Shown: positions 56,433-64,000 of the stretch, piece by piece
How positions within the stretch are numbered: the first letter of the stretch is position 1
Layout: each line of letters begins with the position of its first letter
From: Octopus vulgaris
Taxonomy: Eukaryota
Assembly: GCA_951406725.2 (NCBI GenBank)
Contig: OX597819.1
Location: 64,542,001-64,606,000 of the forward strand
Length of the DNA: 64,000 bases
Reading direction: 5' to 3'
Made by a program: the position numbers and the translations under genes
Notes under the pieces: model-generated
The model's database searches: none
What the model saw: the letters and a program-made list of their open reading frames with translations, nothing else
Told to the model about the DNA's origin: nothing

Positions 56433-58415
56433 GCAGGTATGGCTGTGTGGTAGGTAACTTGCATACCCTAGCTTACGCATGCGTTAGTTTGTCAGTCACT
56501 TACGAGAGTGAACAGTGTCATGACGTGCATGGAAGCAGTTTTGAATTAAAGAACCGACTGCAAGGTAGGCACCTGTCTTTTCAGGGATTCGGTGGGGAAT
56601 TTTATTTTGTTTTAATGTTTATTTTTTCTCGAATAAGAAACCCTCACTGAGTACTAGACACTTGTCTACTGCGGTCGTGCTAATAGGCTCACTTAGCTAT
56701 GAGAATTGTTGTTTTGGTGGGCGTGTTTCGATCCAAAAATATGGAAAATTTATGAATTCGTGGAGGAATTTTTGTGTGCTGCGACGGTGAACTAGAGTAC
56801 CTGTATTCTTGTGGATTTCCTGAGTGGTGGAATTGTGTTGCCGTGAATTGAACTGTCTTCTTTCGTTCTTTTTCTCTGCCCTGTCTTTCTGTCCTTTTTT
56901 GTGTTTTTATTGGGCTTTTTATTTGGAACATTTTGGATTTTGTGTTGAATATTTTTCCTTATTTTTGCTTTTGCAAGCATAGAAAAAAACACTCTATTGG
57001 AATGGCAAATTTTGGCTCATAAGCAGTGGGAAAAAACGGTGGTGTTGAGGACATATTCTAAGTCCCACGACACCATCACTGTGTTCTCTCAGGCGGATAT
57101 TGAAAAGGAGTTGGCAGAATATCAGCCGACTATTAAGTTTATTGCAAGCGGTGTCAAATATGCAACGGTGTAGTTGCCGTTTGACACACCTGGGGAGGCT
57201 CGAGATTTTACGAGCCAACACTATGAAGCGAAGAAAGTTCTGTTTCTCCCCACATATGTTGGGAAGAAATTGACAAGAGCTAGGGAGGGTGGGCTGCCAC
57301 CCGGAGTAGAGGCCGACTAGATTGAAGTCACTACCCGTCAGGGTCTGGGTGGCAGCAGAGCCAAGCTCTTAAATGTCAAAATTCTGCCTGCGGCTGATTG
57401 GGTGGATTCGAATGCTGTTTTGACCCTGTGGACCCAATCAGCCGAAGAACAAAGCAAAGTCCTGGAGCAGTTACTGGAGACTTCTGTAGAAGAAGGAACG
57501 AAGGCGACCGAGGAGGCGGAGAACTCCATAAAGAGGACCGCAATAGGAAGAATGTAAGCAATAATGGATGCTCACCGAAGGATCCTAGGAATGAGGGAGG
57601 GGAGGTGAATCTCCCAGTGACGGAGGAGACGCACTCTCCTCCAGTTGTGGTGAAAAACATGAGGAAGAGGAAGAAAAACGGGACATTGCCGGCAGTCTGT
57701 GACATAGCCCGGAATGTCCCGGAATCTCGTCTGTTGTGCCACCGGCAGAGGAAGAGACGCCGTTGGCGGGAATTGTGCAGCCAACAGTAGAATTGACTAC
57801 CTTGACCCCGGAGGGAGACAAATTATTGATCTTCTTCTACAGAGGTGGAGTGGTAGAAAAGGCAGTGGAAAACACTATAAGGGAATACTTTTAACCTTCA
57901 CACGGTCTCCGCAGATAGCTATGGAGGCCATAACGTTGTGGCCGGGCGATGCTGACTCGGAACCCGCCTTGGTTTTAAACGAGGCGTGGGTGATGGTGGA
58001 GTATACGGGCACAAGCAATGTTGGGGAGGAAAATTGACAAGAGGTTGAAGAACCTCAGTGCTATGATGTTTAAGTGTGTAAGAGGCTCAGCGCCTTAATT
58101 TGTAAATAGACTATTAAGTTTAAAAATTGTAAAAACACAAGTAAAAGGTTCAATACCTCAGTTTCTTTTTGTGTAAAAAATAATGTTTTAGAGAAGCAAA
58201 AATTTGTCGGGCGTACTTTGTCTTCTCCCATTAATATAATTTTATTTCATCATTCATCTCATCAGTGTTTCTGTCCAGCCCGCAAGCTACTCTGTGTCAT
58301 GCCTTTATGTCAAATTTTTTTGAAATAAAGTAGGTTGTTTACAAACCACATAGTTCCGGGTCGACTAAAGCCTAGTGAGTAGATTTGATAGATAGAAACT
58401 GAAAGAAACCTGTCG

Positions 58416-58485
<70 letters not shown>

Positions 58486-58740
58486 TGTGTGTGTGTGTGT
58501 GAGTGTGTGTGTGTACATGCATGTGTGTGTGTATGTTTGTGTACTCTTGTTTGTCCCCCACCAACGTTTGACATCCGATGTTGGTGTGTTCACATCCCCG
58601 TAACTTAGCGGTTCGGCAAAAAAACCCGATAGAATAAGTACTAGGCTCAAAAAGAATAAGTACTGGGGTCGATTTATTCGACTAAAGGCGGTGCTCCAGC
58701 ATGGCCGCAGTCAAATAATTGAAGTAAATAAAGAAAGTAA
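56433..58740 (+). mobile_element. SINE family A split by an insertion in its tRNA head
   Basis: Head gcaggtatggctgtgtggtaggtaacttgcatac (56433-56466) resumes as gtaggttgtttacaaaccacatagttccggg at 58330. Confidence 0.8.
56467..58329 (+). mobile_element. ORF1-only L1/Tx1-like (HAL1-like) element, copy 2
   Basis: ~57025-57285 translates WEKTVVLRTYSKSHDTITVF..SGVKYATV*LPFD..ARDF..LFLPTYVGKKLTRA. 3' end gtccagcccgcaagctac..caaattttttttgaaataaa is shared with copy 1. Confidence 0.7.
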
Positions 58741-58948
58741 AAGGAAGTTGGTCAGTTGTGAATTTAGAAGCCCCAAAAGTGTATGTTTTCGAAGGGTTGC
58801 TGGGAAATGTGGATGCTGGTGTTCACATTTACGGGGGTCATTGATGACGCTGAATCAGTTAGAACTTGAGGGTGTGACACAGTAAAGCAAGTTAAATGGA
58901 ATATATTATTGATGATATCTAAGTGAATGTGACAGAACAAGAGAGAGA

Positions 58949-58994
<46 letters not shown>

Positions 58995-59064
58995 CGATTA
59001 TTGTGTGATAGTATGTATGTGTATGTGTGTGTGTGAGTGTGTGTTTGTGGGTGTATGACTGTTC

Positions 59065-61396
59065 GCGCAAGAGCAGAGTTTACCGGTTTAGATTAAGTTG
59101 CTCTTTACTGTAGAGTCTAACACACTATGTCATGGTGAAATAGTGGTTAAGGGCTGCGTCTCAAAGGGGGAAAAATATGAGCAATCTCTGGCGTTTTAAG
59201 GGCAGGTGGTTAATCACACTGCCGATAAATAAGAGATGCTGCGTAGGACATAGATTGCCGCAGATTCCACTGATACAGGAATGGTAGAAAAGTACGGTTC
59301 CAGAAAGTTTGTCTCCGTAGTTTGCAATGCCGGTGAGGCGTAGTGATGGGTGACCTATTGAAAGGATACGGCAATTGGGTACAGCTTTAAATATATTCTC
59401 TACTAAATCGCGAAATGCACACTCACATACACAAGAGCGTGTCCATATCTATATAGTCACAGGCATTCAGGCATATATTTACCCACATATATACGTGCAT
59501 ATTTAATGTGCAGTCTAGTAAAAAATAAATTTTATACATGGATATTTATGTATATGTGTTTATGTTTGTGTCTGTGTGTGTCTGCGTCAATAATCATATT
59601 TATGTTTCCCGAAACCTCACAGATTTATAGATAAACAACTAATGATTATGAGAAATAACTAAAAACACAAAAAAAAAACATGAGTGCTTGAGAGTGCAGA
59701 ACTTAAAATCGAAAATTGATAATGTAGTTAAAATACAAATGTAGCAAATAAAAGTATTTTACCAATCATAACACTAAAAAGAACAACATTGCATATGTAG
59801 ATATAGATGTGTATATAGATAAATATTTCTGTGTATATGTGTGTGTGTTTGTGCATACAAATGCATCAGTTCAAAAACGCGCATGTCGAATTATTGAGAT
59901 GATAAAAAATGTTCGAAGCTAAAACATAATTTAATCACACTTTTAGTATTGTATATGATGAGTTGATGTTTAAATATTAGTCATATATGTTTACCAATAC
60001 ATATTTTTTTCTGTACACCGATCTATTTATATATGTGTGCACGCTTATGTGAGTATGTTTATCGAAACGCCAATTATTAAGAAAAGCCCAAGAAATATGG
60101 TGACAGAGAGTATTAAATCTATATTATTTTATACTTATTTTAGTAAAATATTTTAAATATATCAAATATCCTAGTGATTCTATAAAGTAGTAACTTAAAA
60201 ATGAGACTAAAGATGAAAAATGTAAAATATTGTAAAAGAAAATAATCCTTAAAATTCTATTTCGTTGAATCAATATTGCTAATGTGTTTATCTTTAAAAC
60301 ATACTATAAAGTGCAAACATTAAAAAAAGGCAGGAGACAGCATAGCAAATATAAACTTATTAATATAGAAATCACTCAAGGCCATATACATAGACTTAAT
60401 ATATTTTAAAACTCTTCAATACATATGTGATTGCTTAATATCTGATAATAATACAAAATAGATAATAAAATATATAAATAATTAAATTGGAAAATGGTGG
60501 AGATTAACAAAATAAAACACGTATCACTCTAAATAACAAATATACATATACGTTATATATTATGGCGTAAGCCTAGGAGAGAGGTAAAGCAGAAATATAA
60601 TGATCTATTCATGCTGGGCAAACAAGAGTAGCTAAAGATGTGCGTCTTTATTGGCACATGCCGCCGGCTGAAAGAATAAATTAATTATAGCTGTGTGGTG
60701 AAGATGTTCTTCATGCAATCCCGTGTGTTCGGGATGATTGTCACTGTGATACACCTCGGGCATATGTTTTCAGCGCCACCTCCGATGCCTTGTGAGGAAA
60801 TCTGATTGATGCAAACGGTAGAAACCCATTACATATTTAAAATGCATTTACAAGATGAGTGGTGGCAGTGACTTCGAAATCTGAGACCAATGGTGCTCGC
60901 AAGAGCACACTTTACTGTTTTAGATTAAGTTACTCTTTACTGTAGAGTATAAAACATTATGTCATGGTGAAATAAGGGTTAAGGGAAAAATATGAGTAAT
61001 CTCTGGCATTTTAAAGGCAGGTGGTTATTCACGCTGCGGATATATAAGAGATGCTGCGTAGGACATAGATTGCTGCAGATTCGACAGATACAGGAATGGT
61101 AGAAGAGTATGGTTCCAGAAAGTTTGTCTCCGTAGTTTGCAATGCCAGGGAAGCTTAGTGATAGGTGGCTTATTGAAAGGATTCGGCAATTGGGCCCAGC
61201 TTTAAATATATTCTCTACTAAATCGCGAAACGCACAAGAGCATATACATATCTACATAGTCACAAGCATTCAGGTATATGTTTACACATATATATTCACA
61301 CATATTTAATGTGCATTCTAGTAAAATAAAATATTTATATACATGGATATTTATATACGAGTGTTAATGTGTTTGAATTGCTTGCGTCAATAACAT
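59065..61396. repeat. Diverged ~500-bp direct repeats (59065-59597 and 60895-61396)
   Basis: Colinear match, e.g. ggttccagaaagtttgtctccgtagtttgcaatgcc in both. Confidence 0.9.
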
Positions 61397-61689
61397 ATCC
61401 TGAATTCAACGTTCACTGTAAAGAATTTCTCCACACTCCTTGTACATTAGTAACTCACGATTTGCTGCTTATTTTTTGTATTTCATCTTCAATCAGGTAT
61501 TATGACTACTTGATTTTGAAATATAAATACATTTCCAGCCAGCGTTTATAAGGCTGTGCACTGACCAGTATTGACCACTATTAATACCGCTACACCATCA
61601 CAAGGTAGGTTGCTAGCCAAAGATCATAGAATCGAAACAATCAATCGCTTACGCAATGTTAGATGCGCATAGATAATTAGGATTTCCTG

Positions 61690-62000
61690 CGTCGTTTGAA
61701 GGGTTTTGTCTTTTTCACGTCCATATGTCTGTGTACTTCGTTACCTACTAAGTTTTTCCATCAAGTGTATGTCTGTACAATGAGATTATTGTTTGTGTTT
61801 AGCTGGGTTGTATAGAAAACTTTCACCTCATCTCTATAATACTCTCTAGTCCATTTTCTGTGTTTTGCTTTACGTGGTGCTTTTGGTGGCGTCACTACAA
61901 GTCTAGGGTCAGAGTTAACCTAGTTCTGGTTACCTAGAAAATAGTTTTGTAGAGAGTTTGTTCCAGCAACAAACTTTTCGACCCCAGTCTGTTTATTCAC
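61690..62000 (-). mobile_element. Possible R4/Dong-like 5' ORF remnant
   Basis: RKAKHRKWTREYYRDEVKVFY resembles the KWTQEEY region at ~47935. Confidence 0.4.
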
Positions 62001-62678
62001 TCGGTATCGCGGTCCTTGATGTCCTGTCTGATGACTGATCTGACATTTGTTTTCACTTGCCAATGAAGTATCAACGGTGACAATAGGAGACGGGTCTGTT
62101 TGTTTAGGGTTAGCTATTTTCCGAATGGATATATTTGGCTATATAATTTGCTTCAATTTTTTTTTGTAGCGACGTTTCCGTGCGTAAATTTTTACCGGTG
62201 TTTTAAACTGAATGTTTAATTTGCTCCTTTTTATATTCGTGTCTACGAAGTGGTTTTGTTTTTGTTTGGTTCCGTGTCGGTCGCTCGTGACAGGTATATT
62301 TCTTTTATTTTCTCTCTGTCTTCGCATGTGCCCTGTAGGCATTATTGATGTTGCTTTAAAATATTAGCATATGCACATAGATGCATGGACAGATGCATCC
62401 ATAATTATTCAACTTAGGTAGTTAGTGTGTAATTAGTGAGTTTTTCCAGGTTTCCTGGTTCTGTTTTCCAAGTCTTGCGTATGTCATATTCAGATACCGC
62501 GCATTCAATAAAGATAAAACACTATATAATAATTAGAAATTTCCGATTTTTTAGTTCCTTTGCTTTGACAGAACTTTTCCCCGGTTGCATTGGGAAGTTT
62601 TCCTTCCACTGCACCGATGATATTGGATTCAGTTAGAGAGAGAGAGAGTCTTAGTATATGTCCACATTATTATTAAGC

Positions 62679-62754
<76 letters not shown>

Positions 62755-62794
62755 GTTGTTGTTCTTCTTCTTCTTCTTCTTGTTATTATTATTT

Positions 62795-63928
62795 ATTTTC
62801 TTTGCACAGCTTGTAATGCTGGTGATGTACTACGGTCCTAGCTGTTCACTACCAGTGAACTAAGGTAACACCTCTTATTTTCGAGTGGTTCCAAGCAGTG
62901 TTGTTTTCTGCAAGTATCCCACCCTTATTGCATCCCCTATTTGTTGCATGTACCTCTCAAGATTTTTGCTCACTGATCCCAGGCATCCGACAATTATTAG
63001 TATTACTACCATCTTTTTCAGCAACAACAACAGCTTAACCTCCCAAGCTAACCAGTCATCTCTATCGACTTTTCTTTCTTCCTTATCGCATACCTTGTCA
63101 GCTAGGTATGGTATATCTATGATCCAACATCGTTTGCTTTCTTTCTCAATTAACACTATGTCTGGTTTCCTATTCTTAATCCCATGGTCGCACAGAATCA
63201 TAAAATCCCATGGGAACTCTGCATTATCATTTTCAATGATGCCTTCGGATTTATCTTCGTACCACCTTTTTGCTCTTTCAAGTTTATACATTTGCAACGT
63301 GTTCAATGGACAATTCTTGCTATATTGCCATGACGTCTCTTATACTCTTTCTGGGCTACTGGCGTACATTGACTGGTAATATGCAATACGGTTTCACTAT
63401 TTTCACCAAATTTCTGTATTTATCACTTTCTGATATATTGTCTATTCTGTATTTGATGTAATTCGTTCTTAATGCTTGCACTTATGCAGCATAAATTAGA
63501 GCCTCCCTTCCCGGTTTTAAATCACATTTAGTCATCCATAATCATCCTTTTTTTCTGTCTGCCTTATTATCAACATCCATATGAAATTGTCCATGCATTC
63601 TTTTCATTATCCACCTATTTTCAGTGTTATTCAAGTGCTTGTACAGTGCTCCATCTGTGCAATCTCCCATCCTACACAAGCCTGACATTCTTACTTCCAA
63701 TAGTAGTGGTTCTGTGGAATTTTTTACATACCATGCTATGTTGTTTTCCGCTGCTCTAATGCTTTGTTCGCATCCACTCAGTCCTGATCCTTCACATTTT
63801 CTTTGTCACTTTTGTGGTGGAGTATCCCATATCTTGTCATCAAATTCCTTGTCTGTCTCTCTAAGATATTTACTTCGTTTACTGTCCATGCGATTACCTC
63901 TGCTCCATTTCTTAGTGAAACCGCCCAG

Positions 63929-63930
<2 letters not shown>
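62795..63930 (-). mobile_element. R4/Dong-like LINE 3' fragment between (ATT)n tracts
   Basis: ORF 62875-63306 WYED..WDFMILCDHGIKNRKPDIV..CWIIDI..LQKTTLLGT (RLE PD-D motif); upstream MHGQF and ALRTN motifs. Confidence 0.85.

Positions 63931-64000
<70 letters not shown>

Noticed and set aside
57376-58037. GC-richer ORFs as a host gene
   Set aside because: They lie inside the TSD-bounded element 56467-58329 and are frameshifted or antisense pieces of it.
59065-61396. LTR retrotransposon interpretation of the direct repeats
   Set aside because: No TG..CA termini, PBS, PPT or internal gag/pol evident.

Overview
Very AT-rich, gene-poor eukaryotic DNA. It is dominated by (TA)n/(CA)n/(AAT)n microsatellites and decayed transposable elements. 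The SINE families and repeat landscape resemble an octopod cephalopod genome (inference from pattern recognition, not a database match). No intact protein-coding gene is supported; nearly all listed ORFs are microsatellite read-through or retroelement debris. Recognisable content: three tRNA-derived SINE families, Tc1/mariner and hAT remnants, a CR1-group fragment, several R4/Dong-like RLE LINE fragments flanked by (AAT)n, and Penelope-like (Naiad-type) RT/GIY-YIG remnants. Four observations stand out. (1) Two diverged ORF1-only L1/Tx1-like elements are inserted at the same nucleotide of a SINE tRNA head, each with a 13-bp target duplication. (2) Several unrelated non-coding palindromic or tandem elements in microsatellites carry minimal type I hammerhead ribozyme motifs; in one, an inverted copy starts at the predicted self-cleavage site. 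(3) A tRNA-headed element ends in a hammerhead-bearing tail. (4) A near-perfect 2.6-kb palindrome lies at 22.2-24.8 kb. Coordinates of decayed elements are approximate.
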